DNA of 64,000 nucleotides, from the NCBI GenBank assembly GCA_008690995.1, contig VRMN01000006.1:868001-932000 (forward strand). The letters run 5' to 3'. Position numbers and translations under genes: made by a program. The DNA is from Porphyridium purpureum (taxonomy: Eukaryota). Numbering within the stretch: position 1 is the stretch's first letter; the number at the start of each line of letters is the position of its first letter. Under the pieces are notes generated by a model that saw only the letters and a list, made by a program, of their open reading frames with translations, was not told where the DNA came from and did not search any database. This document shows positions 12,566 to 24,089 of this stretch, piece by piece.

Positions 12566-12877
12566 ATGGAGAACGCGCTGTACGGCGACCTGGACTTGAG
12601 CCGGTCGGTTGACTCGGACCTTATCGCGCTGAACCAGGCGCTGCAAGAACGTGCGGAGCGCGCCGAGAGCGAGGCCGCCGAGCTGCGCGCGCAGGTGAGC
12701 AAGCTCGACGAGGAGCTTAGGAAGAGCAAGGAGGAAACGCGCGTGCTCAAGAAGCAGCGACAGGTGCTTTTACATAATCTGTCCGTTTTGTTCAAGACGG
12801 CCGAGCTCGAGATTGCCCGCAAGCGCAAGGAGATTGAACGCCTGCGAAGTGCCGACGCGCGAAAAGCAGTTCAGTGA
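12566..12877 (+). CDS. small coiled-coil protein resembling the FLASH/CASP8AP2 N-terminal domain
   Basis: 103 aa; 'LYGDLD' then a coiled coil ending 'LLHNLSVLFKTAELEIARKRKEIERLR', similar to the FLASH NTD motif [20 protein letters not shown]. Confidence 0.65.
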   Translation: MENALYGDLDLSRSVDSDLIALNQALQERAERAESEAAELRAQVSKLDEELRKSKEETRVLKKQRQVLLHNLSVLFKTAELEIARKRKEIERLRSADARKAVQ

Positions 12878-14338
12878 ATCTGATCTCGAGACGAAAGAAG
12901 AGAACTGGACAGGGTGATGACCGTCAAGCCGTCGTGGCGGCGCTGTCTGTCGTTCTGATGTTAAATACAGATTAGGCTCGCGTGCTGACCGGAAATGGAA
13001 TTCGGTTCGGACTTGCGGAGAAGGATACTTATCTACCTAGTCGAGGAAGGAATGAGAGCTGGTGTGCACCGTTCGTCTTTCACCCGTAAACGAGCGCGTC
13101 ATTTTGTGGAACCACCCTGCAGTGAGGCTGTCGCGCGTATTGTAGCGCGCACCAGGGTCCGCCTGTCCTTCGCGACCCGTATTCATGTAAAGTTTTTCGC
13201 CTACCGAGACTCACTCGAGCAGGTCAGGCCCTACGTGCTCTGCTCTTCGTGTCCTGATTCTCTCGGGAGAACATGCTTGGCGTTGTTCACGCAAAGCTTG
13301 GGGCACTGTGGCCATCCTGCCGTTTGCAGGACAAGGCTGACGGCTCGGGCTGCGGACGACTTTTTGGCGTTGAAAACGCGTAGTAAACTTCAGTGCTCTA
13401 TCCAATGAAGGCTAGAAGCACGCGCCTGTGGGGGCGCTGGCCGACGGCAAGGAAGCGCTCCCCCATTCAAGTCGCAATGTCAGGTCGGCGGGCTTTGCGC
13501 GTTTGATGATGAAATGAGGCGCACCGAATCAACACCATATCAAAAATTTCCGGCGGGGTTTCGTTTCCTGTCGGAACTATGACCCAACGCCGCGGAATGC
13601 GCACGCAACACGTACACGCCGCCCAGTCTTGTTCTTGTTGGGAGCGAGCGTATGCCTCATGATGCCGAGCTGTCAACTCTTATCGACGCCAGATACTCAG
13701 CGTTGGTCTTCTGCAGAGACAGCGATGGGAGACCGCTAACAACCGAGCCAGCTGGTCAATTCGGAGACATAAAGCACAGAATAAGGAAAGCTCCACCTCC
13801 TGCCGCTACTGCTGCGGGCGAATTAATTTTTCTTTGTCTAGTGTAGAACCTTCAACTTCATATGCGAGGAGAACGAACCAACACACACAAACACCCGCAC
13901 GCACGCGCAAGCAAACCGGTGTGTGGAGGGAAGGAGGGAATGAGACTGAGACAGGTGACTACGCGGAATCGGAATCTGCGCGCATGCGATAAACTCGATA
14001 CCAGTCACATTGCACGTCCGACTCCTGCATGTTGATGGTGAGCAAAGTGGCACAGTGGCGCGGTGGCATCGTGGGAATGGGAGGCCCCTTTCTGTAGAGC
14101 TCTTCACACCCCGCTATGATGGTTTATGGGCGGGATGGGGTGTGCGCGGCGTTGCGGCGCAGCGGGAAGGGGAGCGACGAATGCGGACGACAGGAGACGA
14201 TCGGTGACAAGTCGGTCACATGTGACACCTGCGAAATACGTGACACATGACCACCGGTAAGGCTTTTTCGGGTCTTGGTATGGAGGGGTTTCGTGTGTGC
14301 TGCGCGTCTCCACCACGCGTGTCCACAGCGACGGGCTT

Positions 14339-14405
14339 GGCTCTTGGCTCTTGGCTCTCGGCTCTCGGGTCTCGGGTCTCGGGTCTCGGCTCTCGGGTAT
14401 AAAAA
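14339..14405 (+). promoter_or_regulatory. 8x 7-bp tandem repeat GG(C/G)TCT(T/C) abutting a TATA box (TATAAAAA, 14398-14405)
   Basis: Seen directly; ~210 bp upstream of ATG 14613. Confidence 0.6.
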
Positions 14406-14612
14406 GAAACCGGCACTGCGGCTTAGCCTAGGCGTGAAAGAGTAGATAGTGCGGGTCCTTCAGAGGAACAAGGCAGGTTGGGATCAAGCAGAGAGGCGCA
14501 GACTTGCTCCGGTCCTTCAGGTTTTGTAGTGTCGCCAGAAGCAGCAGGGAGCATTTGGCGCGTGGCGCCACAAGGGGCTTGAGAAGACTGGCGTAAACGC
14601 CTAGGAGCGAAA

Positions 14613-15338
14613 ATGGAAAGTCGGGTTGGGACGTACTCGTTGCCAGCTGGGGCGTCGACTGGTTTCCTCGCGGAGGGAGACGGCGAGGCATCAGCTTACG
14701 GCCATGTGTGTGGGTACGACCGCGCGCTTTTGCTGCTTCGCTCAGTGCTTGATGGAGACGATGACTCGCTGCAGGACTCGTTAGAATACGACGTCAAGAG
14801 TAGCTCGGGCAGTGCCGTAGCCAGCGCCTGGTCCGAGTCGGACGAGGGCTGGTTTTCCGATCCGCTCCCAGTAGACGATGTTGATGTATTGCCGCTTTGG
14901 GAGGTTATTTGCCAGCTCGGCACTCCATCGCCAGCTGCGACGGAGAGCGTCGATGCGTTGATTCGCGAAGAGTCCGGGGACACCGGTGGCTCTGAACCTG
15001 GTCGCGCCTCGGCTCATCAAGCAGGCCTGCCTCAGCACAACGTGCCGCGTGACCATAAAGGGCTGCAGCCAACGAGACGAAGTCGAAGCCCGCCGGCGCT
15101 GGCGAAAGCGACCTCGCTTACGCTCAGCGATTCGCCGTCCAAGACTCTGCGCAAAGGCGAGGATGGTCGACGCCGCAAGCTGTGGGATTTTCTTGAGCAG
15201 GACTTTTCCGAGACACCTGCCGAACTGAGGAGTCGTTTTACACGCGCTTGTGCCGTTGTGCAGCCGCTTTCATTTATGAAACCGCGCGAGGAGCAGGAAG
15301 TGAGCTCCGTACATGAGAGTTCGTGGATGCTTTTGTAA
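14613..15338 (+). CDS. hypothetical acidic, low-complexity protein
   Basis: 241-aa ATG ORF with an upstream TATA box; no domain recognised. Confidence 0.55.
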   Translation: MESRVGTYSLPAGASTGFLAEGDGEASAYGHVCGYDRALLLLRSVLDGDDDSLQDSLEYDVKSSSGSAVASAWSESDEGWFSDPLPVDDVDVLPLWEVICQLGTPSPAATESVDALIREESGDTGGSEPGRASAHQAGLPQHNVPRDHKGLQPTRRSRSPPALAKATSLTLSDSPSKTLRKGEDGRRRKLWDFLEQDFSETPAELRSRFTRACAVVQPLSFMKPREEQEVSSVHESSWMLL

Positions 15339-15885
15339 TCTAACAGAGGCCGCTCGACAGCGCGGCGCGGCAGGTTGCTTGACCCTAGCAGAGCACTTGG
15401 AAGCCGTAAGCTTCTGGCCGGACAGCCGTTATATCGCAATGCAGCACAGCTTGCTGGCGTATCGTGAAGGTGCTTGATGCGCCTGCACCGTATCCTCATG
15501 CTTTCTTATTTGCTACTGCGCGCATTCGCGCAAAGAACGGAGCAAATGTAATTTAGGCTCTCCCTCGGACATGTGCACCGGGGGTTAGCATTCTTAATGT
15601 ATGTTTTGAGAACAAACAAAAAAAAAAAAGAATAGAAGTGCTTGACGATATGAGTGCCGGCCATGGTCACGCGCGGCGCCAACTCGAGAACGCGAGCGCG
15701 ACAGTTTCATCGACTCCAAGGCCTGACTGGTGCCCACAACCGACCGCCCCGCTCCCATCTCCCTTCCTTCTTCACACAAAAGTAACCCTACATCGTACTC
15801 GTGCGGTCTTTGCAGAGAATGAAGCGCGCGCACCGACCGCGACTCGTGCCGCTGCGCGCCGGCTGACTCGTACGTTGTGCTGGCC

Positions 15886-16590
15886 ATGGAGAGCGCCGGC
15901 GCCGGCGCCGGCGCCGGCGGTAGTGGCGTCCAGCATCAAATCCCGCAGGCGGTCAGCAAGTACTACCACCAGCGTTATCGGCTGTTCCACCGATACGACC
16001 AAGGCGTGCTGATGGACGAGGAGCTCTGGTTCTCGGTGACTCCAGAGAAGATAGCGGTACATATTGCGGAGCGGTTGCGTGGCTGCATGACCGTGGTGGA
16101 CGCGTTTTGCGGCGCCGGAGGCAACGCGATCCAGTTTGCGCTCGCCGGCGCGTACGTGTTCACCGTGGATATCGATCCCATCAAGGTTCTGTGTGCGCAC
16201 CATAATGCCACAGTGTATGGCGTGGCCGATAAGATCGAGTTCATGGTGGGCGACTCGTTTGCGCTTGTGCCGCGATTGCGCGGGCTAGTCGACGCGATTT
16301 TCTGCTCGTCGCCGTGGGGCGGACCTTCGTACACGTCGACGGCCGTGTCGAGCCTGGCAGATACTGGCATTGGCGACGTGATCCGCATGTGCGTGCGCAC
16401 AGCGCCACGTATCGCGGTGCTCCTGCCGCGCAACATTGACCTTGCCGAAATGCAGCGCCTCCTCGCCGACGAGGCATACATCGCGTACCAGAATGGGTAC
16501 ACGCTGTACGCCGAACTAGAGATGAACTACCTCGGACACCAGCGCGTCCCCAAGACGCTAACACTCTACATTTTTCTCGACCGGTACTAG
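15886..16590 (+). CDS. TGS1: trimethylguanosine synthase (RNA cap hypermethylase)
   Basis: 'KYYHQRYRLFHRYD', 'WFSVTPEKIA', 'DAFCGAGGNAIQFA', 'SSPWGGPSY', 'LPRN' motifs. Confidence 0.95.
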   Translation: MESAGAGAGAGGSGVQHQIPQAVSKYYHQRYRLFHRYDQGVLMDEELWFSVTPEKIAVHIAERLRGCMTVVDAFCGAGGNAIQFALAGAYVFTVDIDPIKVLCAHHNATVYGVADKIEFMVGDSFALVPRLRGLVDAIFCSSPWGGPSYTSTAVSSLADTGIGDVIRMCVRTAPRIAVLLPRNIDLAEMQRLLADEAYIAYQNGYTLYAELEMNYLGHQRVPKTLTLYIFLDRY

Positions 16591-17326
16591 CGCGGATGCG
16601 CGCTCCGGCGCTGACTTGTGTGCGGAGTCAATCGATCGTACTAGACCCACACTAGGACCCAAAAGAAACCAGATGGCCATTTCTGTACAGCGTGATTGTG
16701 CCGCGAGTCAAGCGCGTGACACTTGCAATCTGTTCTCGGGAAGGCACCAGCGGCTTCCAGACTTTTCCGTGTGGTGCATGGACACACTGCCCCTTCCGAA
16801 GGCCACGAGCCCCATACGACGCTATTGTCAGACACGGCGTTGCAAGTACCCGCTCACTCGAGTGCTGCTAATATATGTTGCAGATGAGAGTATCCGCTTG
16901 CGCAGAGCTGCGTGCCGGGGCGCTACGCTGTGGCTTGCGTCTGCCAGCGGCTGCCACCATCTGCCCAACACCTGTACGTGCGCGTCTACTCGGCATCTGC
17001 GGCACTCTTCCAAACCCGTAAACCAATCTCGAAGTAACCCTAATCGCTGCGGGGCGCAAAATCATGTAACGGTTTGGCGCGCGGAGTGTGAAGCGAGGCA
17101 AGCAACGGAGGCAGAAGGGCGCGAAGAGACCAAACGCCGCAAAGCCTTGCACGACAAGCGCCCCACAGGCGTCGCGGCATCGGCTCGGCCGGGGAACAGC
17201 GCGATTCGACACGTCCCATAACCCTGCGGCGCCGCGGGTGTGGGAAGTGGTGGAGAGCGGCGGCGGCCATGCGAACGGGCGGCTGCTGTTGCGTTCTACG
17301 GCTGTCGCAAACTCTCGGGGCGGAAG

Positions 17327-18997
17327 ATGGCGTCGAAGGAAAAGACCAAGCGGCGTGCGTTCAGCAACCCCTTTTCGAAACTTGCGTTTGGCGCAAGTGC
17401 GTCGAGCCACATTCCTCCCACCGCGGACAGTGGCGAATCGATACTGGACGCGCTTGTCGCGCTCGCTCGACTGCTGCCGGTCTCGGTACAGGCGCCCGCG
17501 GCGAACTATCCGAAAAAGGTACGCGAGGTGGCGTGCCTGCTTTCGGTGTCGCCTGCCTTGGACCAGCTTGTTTGGATTCCTGCGGGCAGTCGGAATCGGA
17601 GTGATGGCGCTGGGGAGCCACACGCGCATGGCGCCGTGCAGTTTCGACAAATTCGAACACTCAAACTGGCCGAGAGCGCCATCCAGATCGGATTTCACGA
17701 TGATGCTGCGCCATCGCTGGTAGACGCGAGCGTCGATCTGCACGCGGCGTCCAGAGAGGTCGCGTACTCCATTGCGCGCGTGGTGTGCGCTCTCGCGCCG
17801 GCAAGTATACATATCACGTCCAAGTACCGCAAGAGCCTTGCACTGGACGAAGTATATCACGTGCTAAATGATTCGGTGCGCGGCGAGCCGCTGTGCAACT
17901 GCGAGCGCGGCATTGGAAACTTCTTAATTGACGAGCTGGGTGAGGGCGCGTACGGAAAGGTGTATTTGGGGTTGAGCACGGCAACACAAGAGTCGCCCGG
18001 TGGTCAGCTCTTGGCCAGCGATGCACAACGGACAAAGACAAAGGCACCACCGGTGCGTTTGGTTGCAATCAAGTCCATTTCACGGAGCATGGTGAGAAAG
18101 CAGCAAGGCGGCGGGTCGAGTCTGCGCCTCGGCCGCCAAATGAATATTTGCGAAATCGCCACGCCAGGAATCCCAGTGTCCGAAGGAAAGTACTCAATCA
18201 CTTCAAACTCCGATGACGGCAAGGCTATTTATAACGAGGCCGAAATCATGCGCCTGCTCAGTGGGCACCCGAACGTTGTGCAGCTGGTCAAAGTGGACGA
18301 GGACGCCGCGCGAAAAATGATTTATTTAGTTCTTGAGTTTTTGCCGCGCGGCTGCGTGATGGAAAGTGCGCACGTGGGAGCAAAAGGCAGCGCAGCAGTA
18401 GCGGCCGCAGACGCGTCACGGATCAGCGAGCGGTGCGCGGGTGCGATATTTGTGCAAGCGCTGCGCGGCGTCCAGCACATGCACGCGCAACGGATCGTCC
18501 ATCGCGACCTGAAACCGGACAACCTGCTGGTGGCGCTGGACGGCAGTGTGAAAATCAGCGACTTTGGCACAGCGTTGTACTGCGGAGCCACGCTGCCTCC
18601 CAACAGCAGCAGCAAAATCAAGCCAATGAACGCACAGGATCGCGACTCGGCCGCCAGCCACAACGTGATGGTTGGCACGCCTTACTTTCTCGCGCCTGAG
18701 TGCTGCATGCACGAGGCAGCGCCCGTGCCAGATGGAGCAATGTTTGCGCAAGATATCTGGGCGCTGGGCGTCACATTGTACTATATGCTGCACGGCCGCG
18801 CTCCATATATCGCCTCGAACGTGTTTGAAATCCAGGCGCTGATTTGCACGCGCGAGCCTGAGTTTGACAAAGCGCTGTGTTCGGACACCGCCGTGGCCGT
18901 CATGACGCGCATGCTGAACAAGACACCGGCGTTGCGGCCCACTGCGGATCAGCTCCTGCTCGATCCGTGGGTGCTTGGCTTTCTACATGAAAGATAA
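17327..18997 (+). CDS. Ser/Thr protein kinase, CAMKK/GRIK(SnAK)-like, with a possible N-terminal PH-like region
   Basis: [45 protein letters not shown]; insert after VAIK as in the CAMKK family. Confidence 0.9.
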   Translation: MASKEKTKRRAFSNPFSKLAFGASASSHIPPTADSGESILDALVALARLLPVSVQAPAANYPKKVREVACLLSVSPALDQLVWIPAGSRNRSDGAGEPHAHGAVQFRQIRTLKLAESAIQIGFHDDAAPSLVDASVDLHAASREVAYSIARVVCALAPASIHITSKYRKSLALDEVYHVLNDSVRGEPLCNCERGIGNFLIDELGEGAYGKVYLGLSTATQESPGGQLLASDAQRTKTKAPPVRLVAIKSISRSMVRKQQGGGSSLRLGRQMNICEIATPGIPVSEGKYSITSNSDDGKAIYNEAEIMRLLSGHPNVVQLVKVDEDAARKMIYLVLEFLPRGCVMESAHVGAKGSAAVAAADASRISERCAGAIFVQALRGVQHMHAQRIVHRDLKPDNLLVALDGSVKISDFGTALYCGATLPPNSSSKIKPMNAQDRDSAASHNVMVGTPYFLAPECCMHEAAPVPDGAMFAQDIWALGVTLYYMLHGRAPYIASNVFEIQALICTREPEFDKALCSDTAVAVMTRMLNKTPALRPTADQLLLDPWVLGFLHER

Positions 18998-19153
18998 AAG
19001 AATGCGGCGCAGAAACTACACATTTATGCTTGCTTCGCCCCATAGCAAAGACAAGATTAATCCCTCATGGGGAGGGCCAGAAAAAAAAAAAAAAAAAAGA
19101 ACACCACATACTCTTACAAGGACAAGCCAGGATAGTTCACGCCGCAACTCGGG

Positions 19154-20116
19154 TCATTCGTCTTCATTTGGCAGCTGCTCGACGTCTGTTTCTTGGCTGA
19201 GCAATCTCTCGAGTCGCATGGCGGTTTCCGTCTGACCGACAGGTTTTTGCTGCTGTTGCTGTTGTTGTTGCTGCTGCCGCACGCTTCCCGGACCGCTGCG
19301 GTCGCTGTCATTGGGGTCATTTTCGCCGCCGCGGCGTGCTCTGTCGTGGTCTGAATCGGGTGTTTCGGCGCGCTCCTTGCTACCGGTCACGCGGAGCCCA
19401 CCGTCCTGCACAAAGCCAAGGGTGAGCATTTTGGTTGTGCAATACGAGCACACGCGGTCCAGGTCAACCTCGGCCAGATCTGCGGTCGAAGGAAGCAGCT
19501 CCTGCGCAACGAGGTGGTCGAACATGCGCCGCGCGTCCTGCTTACTCTCAAAAGCAAGCACGAGTATGTGGTCGTGGACTTTCATGGAGAAGTAGTCCTG
19601 CGGATCTGTCCACGAGCCGCGAATGATCCACACCGAATTGACGTGCATGGGCACGCCGTCAGCTCGCCCGAGCCGCGCGTCGACGTTCTGTTTCTGCGCG
19701 CGGCCTTCGAGCATGGGCCCCGACGCCTCAATCATGCGCCGCAGCGCGTGCACGGACTTTAGCAGTTCCTCGCGCTGCTTGCTGCGCGCAATGCGCTCGC
19801 GCAAACTCTCGTCGACGACGGGCGTGTCGGCGCGCGCGCCCTTCCAGTCCTGCTTGGCATTCTGCTGCCACCTCCGCACACGCTGATGGTGCGTCAGCTG
19901 CTTCTGCTCCTGACTGTCCTCCCCCTCCTCCCCGCGTGTCTCGCCCCCGTCATGCTCCCTTCCCGCGACTGCGCGCAACGGCGCAACCACACCGCACTGC
20001 GCACGTCGGCGGCGACGCGCGTGCACACCCCCCCGCTCCCACGCACCCCCCGCGCCACTCCCCACAAACGCCGCGCCCGCACCCGCTGCTCGAGACTCAG
20101 CACACATGCTTCCCAT
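19154..20116 (-). CDS. plastid-targeted DUF3110-like protein
   Basis: Transit peptide '...AAFVG'; 'ILVLAFESKQDARRMFDHLVAQELLP...VDLDRVCSYC...LGFV' and a C-terminal 'RLERLL' resemble cyanobacterial DUF3110; poly-Q tract. Confidence 0.65.
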   Translation of the reverse strand: MGSMCAESRAAGAGAAFVGSGAGGAWERGGVHARRRRRAQCGVVAPLRAVAGREHDGGETRGEEGEDSQEQKQLTHHQRVRRWQQNAKQDWKGARADTPVVDESLRERIARSKQREELLKSVHALRRMIEASGPMLEGRAQKQNVDARLGRADGVPMHVNSVWIIRGSWTDPQDYFSMKVHDHILVLAFESKQDARRMFDHLVAQELLPSTADLAEVDLDRVCSYCTTKMLTLGFVQDGGLRVTGSKERAETPDSDHDRARRGGENDPNDSDRSGPGSVRQQQQQQQQQQKPVGQTETAMRLERLLSQETDVEQLPNEDE

Positions 20117-20546
20117 CCCCACCTTTCCCCATTCCCCACACCAAACAAACTCACACACACACACACACACACTTTCCCCTTCTCTTCTCCCCCTCTCTCC
20201 TTCTTCTCTCCGGCAGATTCTCGCAGCAGCCTCGCGTGGAACGGAGTACAGCCACGCAGGCACAGTACACTACACAAACACGCGCGTTTGTGAATGGTAC
20301 AGTGGCGCGGCTGCGCGCGATCTCCAGCCGGCACGCGCGTGCAGCATGCGTGGCGCGGGGGGTGTAATTTGTGGGCGAATTTGGGCGGTAATTTGTGGAG
20401 GAATTTGTCGCGCGCTGCGTCGGTGCGTTGGTGGCGAGTGCCAGGGGACGGTGCGGGAAGAGGAAGGAGGGGAGGGGAGAGGGGGAAAGGGTGTGTGTGT
20501 GTGTGTGTTCGTGTGTGTGGTTGTAGGTCTGGTGGACACGCGCGCC

Positions 20547-20891
20547 ATGGGGTTTGGAAAGCCGGACTGGAATAAGATCCACAAGCATGATGTGAGGAAC
20601 CGGAAGAAGTCGGCGCGCGCGCAGAAGCGGCGCGCCGAGCGCGGACTGGCGGAGAAGAAGAGCGCGGCCGTCGGGATGGAGGTGGACGTGGCGCCGCCCG
20701 CGCTCGTCGAGGAACGCGCGCTCGCGGCCGTGGCAAAGAAGCTCGCGTTTCGTAAGCCGCGCGGGCTGTCCGGGAAGAAGGAGCGCAAGGTGCGGCAGGC
20801 GGCGCGCCTGCAGGGCGCCGCCACCGCGGCAGAGCGAGCGAGCAAGGCAAAGAAGCCAAAGCCCAAACGGGGTGCCATGGAAGTGGACTGA
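20547..20891 (+). CDS. small basic protein, C11orf98-like (putative ribosome biogenesis)
   Basis: 114 aa, K/R-rich, 'LSGKKERK' and a C-terminal 'AMEVD'. Confidence 0.6.
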   Translation: MGFGKPDWNKIHKHDVRNRKKSARAQKRRAERGLAEKKSAAVGMEVDVAPPALVEERALAAVAKKLAFRKPRGLSGKKERKVRQAARLQGAATAAERASKAKKPKPKRGAMEVD

Positions 20892-21110
20892 CCGAAAAGT
20901 GTGAATTCGAAAGCAACATGTGAACGCTTTCCGCCCTGTACGTAAAATCCCATAGATAAAAAAGCCCCGAGCATATTTACTTGATCCGACTTGCTTGCGC
21001 GGTGGGCATTCGAGCGGCCCCAGCACATGCGGTGGCCCGCTCGCGCCACGCACACGTGTCACGAAGGCCCGACGAGCGCCGCTTGACGCGCCGTCCGCAC
21101 GGCCACGCGC

Positions 21111-21335
21111 CTACTCGGCGGCGTGCTCCGCGGCGGCCTCCTGCTCGAGCTTCTTCTGGTAATCCTTGTAGAACTCGTCGACGTGCATCCTGTAGGTCAT
21201 ATGCCACGACCTCCACATGGCGCCGCAAAAGGCCGCAAACACGAACGCGCCGCCGATTTCCTTGTAGGCGCTGGCGCGCGGCGTGCGCGAGTACTGCGGC
21301 GCGTGCTTCCACAACCTCGACCTCGGATGCACCAT
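21111..21335 (-). CDS. cytochrome c oxidase small subunit (plant COX5C / Cox9 / COX6C-like)
   Basis: 74 aa with a single TM: 'SAYKEIGGAFVFAAFCGAMWRSWH...HVDEFYKD'. Confidence 0.7.
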   Translation of the reverse strand: MVHPRSRLWKHAPQYSRTPRASAYKEIGGAFVFAAFCGAMWRSWHMTYRMHVDEFYKDYQKKLEQEAAAEHAAE

Positions 21336-21903
21336 GATGAACCCACTTGCCCCTCCCGCAACTGCCGAACGCCGACCTTCCAAACCCTCGCCCGTCGCAC
21401 CCCTCCCCTCTACTTCCCCACCCGCTTTGATCCCCACCGCCCCCAATCTCTCGGACCCTCACTCCGCTCTTTTGTTCCTTCCCCGCTCCACAAATACCCT
21501 TGCGTCCTTTGCTCAGAACCGAATCACCGACTCGCAGAAACCGTTTAGAGTTACTACCAAAACCGGCCCGTTTGCGTCATTTTTTGAGCGAGCCGGCACG
21601 CAGGCCGGTGTTATCGGTTTGCGCCGTTTTCAGCCTGTATGTTTTGGGTGTACACTAGGGTATCGACTGGACCACGCGCGCCAAAAACATCACAAAACGC
21701 GACTGCTGGCTCATATTGATGATCACTCGCCGACTTCATACACAAACACACAGAAAACATGCAAAATAAAATCGGGATGCGCAGACAATGCGGGATTGTG
21801 GAGGTACTGCTATTCGGTACAGTCCAACGATGCGATGAGCGTGCATGAAGTGTACACTCGCTGTACCTCTGGCGCGTTTCGTGTTTGCGCGTGGCTGCGG
21901 GAA

Positions 21904-21907
<4 letters not shown>

Positions 21908-21937
<30 letters not shown>
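21908..21937. repeat. (GA)n microsatellite
   Basis: Seen directly. Confidence 0.9.
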
Positions 21938-21945
<8 letters not shown>

Positions 21946-22082
21946 CTGTGTTTGCCGGTGTGTTGTGGATTCGGGTCCATGCTCGCGCACTGGATTTGCG
22001 CCGAGGTTCTGCTCGTGGCTGGAAACGTGAGAAGCTCGTGTTGCGCTTCGTGCAGTGACTGGAGTCGGATTGGTGCACGTCG

Positions 22083-24089
22083 ATGACGAGTGCTCGCACC
22101 GCGCCTCGCTCGGGGCTGGGCGAATGGTCGCATCACGCCGAATCGGGAAGTCTGGCCTGGGTTCCTGCGGCGGCGTGGCTGCCTGAACGCGTGAGTGCGC
22201 ATAGCCAGTGTCAGCGATGTGGCAGCTGTGAGGTATCGCGGGGCGTCGAGGTGGCGCCAGGTAGATTTTCAGCTTTGGGCGCCTGCGCCAGGCATTATCC
22301 GCGCTCGCGTGGACGCGCCAGACCGCGTGTGCGCATGGCGTGGCTCCGGAGTGTAAGCATGTGCAGTGAGATCTCAGATGGTCAGAGCGCGGACGCGACG
22401 CGCGTTTTGGTTCCCAGCGGTGCCTGTTTGCGGTCATCGAGCGGAATGACGTACGAGCTCACAGCACCGCTTCTCGGCACCGCCAAACAGGTCGTGACAG
22501 CGCAGTGCGAACAAGGCGCGGTCATTCTTGAGGTGGTTCGCCTAGGGTCTGCATCCGCGAAACTGACGAACGAGGTGCCAGTCAGCTCGGGCCTTTCAGC
22601 GTCGTGGGAAGACGTCGAACATCTAGAACGCACAGCCCAGCTGCTGCAGTCGCTGACCATGCATCACCAGGCATGCGCAGATTTCCTCGTGTGCCACGTA
22701 GATCACGGTTCACTCGACACGAGCGCCGAGGGAAATGGCATTCTCTTTTTCCTCGCATACCGCCCTTCCGCGAAAACAGCTCTGGAATCCTTCGTGTCGC
22801 TGCAAGACCTAAGATTGCGTCAGAGTTGGCGCGCTTCTGCAGCGATCGTGCACCGCATGCTCGAGCTGCTCCTGCAGGCTCTTCGCGAGTTTTCGTCCCT
22901 GTCGCCGCCGGTGCTCATGGGTTGCACCGACTGCTACGGCGGCGACGAAAGCCAACACGGCCTGCGCTTGCTTCATCCGAGTGCGGTTCTGTTGGCACGT
23001 ACCGAAGACGCCGCTGATCTGCAGATCTCGCTCCGACCGCTTCTGCGCGGCACCATGGGCGACATTGACAGCTACATGGCCCCAGAGCTACGCATGCGTC
23101 TGCATCCCAGCGACGGCACAACACAGAGCGACTTGTACGCGATTGGAGCGTTGATGGTCTTTGTCCTGACTGGCAAGCACCCGGACCCTGAGCTTCTAAG
23201 CAGGCCGCAAATATGGCGCGCATTGCTGCCCAATGCCTCGTCGTCCAGACTCAAACGCGTGTTTGACTTGACCGAGTGGATGCTGCGGCCACGCCCAATG
23301 GACCGACCTGCTGATGCGGATATGGCGCTGGCATTCCTGGAAGGATCGCTTGAATCGGTGCCAGGCACGCCTGCTCTTTCGGGCACCACCGCTGCGCCTA
23401 TATCTCCGCGTGACGCGGCGGAACGCATCAGCACGAGCAACAGCGTCAGCTTGAGTAGCATTCGAGAAGCGCCCTCACGCCACCTCTGCATTTCGCAACC
23501 CGACTCTGCACGGGCAGAGGTCCTGATTTCGAAGAATGGACTCAACGTCGAGTCCGTGGCGATGGCCGCGAGCGCTGTGGGATGGAACGCCATCGTGGGC
23601 GCGTGGACCGTATCGGCGATCTCTTCTGGCGGTTTGATTGCGCTGTTCTCTGTACCCTTTTGGTTTGCTGGCGTGCAAATGGCGTCACGCACCTTCTCGG
23701 CCATCACCAAAGAATCCGCGCTCGTTCTGGACCGTGCTGCAAACTCGTTTGCATTGTACAACGCGCTTGAGATGAATCGGTCGAGCCTTGTGTGGAGCGG
23801 CGCACTGACCGACGTGGTGAACGTACAGCTTGGCACGCGTGATAATGCAATCGGTGAAGGTGTTGAGCTCGCGTTTACAGCAACGGGAGTCAAAGGAGCA
23901 CGCAGCTGTCGCATTGGAACGACGCTCCCGCTCGACGATCAGCGCAAGCTGTTTGTATTTTTGAGCGAGTTTCTCGGCGTCGGTGATCTGGGACAAGTTC
24001 GTGAGAATGTGGCACTGCAAGAGGCGCGTGCGCGTGAGAGGGAGGCGAGCAGTGCGTTCGACGACGACAGCGATTGGGATCGCAGATAA
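22083..24089 (+). CDS. cyanobacterial-type Ser/Thr kinase-like protein (pseudokinase) with C-terminal TM segments
   Basis: Keeps 'YMAPE', 'SDLYAIG..VFVLTGKHP', 'WMLRPRPMDRP' but lacks HRD and DFG; TM 'GWNAIVGAWT...LFSVPFWFAG'; R/S/A-rich N-terminal extension. Confidence 0.75.
   Translation: MTSARTAPRSGLGEWSHHAESGSLAWVPAAAWLPERVSAHSQCQRCGSCEVSRGVEVAPGRFSALGACARHYPRSRGRARPRVRMAWLRSVSMCSEISDGQSADATRVLVPSGACLRSSSGMTYELTAPLLGTAKQVVTAQCEQGAVILEVVRLGSASAKLTNEVPVSSGLSASWEDVEHLERTAQLLQSLTMHHQACADFLVCHVDHGSLDTSAEGNGILFFLAYRPSAKTALESFVSLQDLRLRQSWRASAAIVHRMLELLLQALREFSSLSPPVLMGCTDCYGGDESQHGLRLLHPSAVLLARTEDAADLQISLRPLLRGTMGDIDSYMAPELRMRLHPSDGTTQSDLYAIGALMVFVLTGKHPDPELLSRPQIWRALLPNASSSRLKRVFDLTEWMLRPRPMDRPADADMALAFLEGSLESVPGTPALSGTTAAPISPRDAAERISTSNSVSLSSIREAPSRHLCISQPDSARAEVLISKNGLNVESVAMAASAVGWNAIVGAWTVSAISSGGLIALFSVPFWFAGVQMASRTFSAITKESALVLDRAANSFALYNALEMNRSSLVWSGALTDVVNVQLGTRDNAIGEGVELAFTATGVKGARSCRIGTTLPLDDQRKLFVFLSEFLGVGDLGQVRENVALQEARAREREASSAFDDDSDWDRR

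Noticed and set aside
20152..20519. (CA)n/(GT)n tracts here and at 25706-25730
   Set aside because: Ordinary 5'-leader microsatellites; nothing further supportable
19886..21062. Several long overlapping Arg/Ala-rich ORFs (also 9097-11549)
   Set aside because: High-GC shadow frames over UTRs, (CA)n tracts and short real genes
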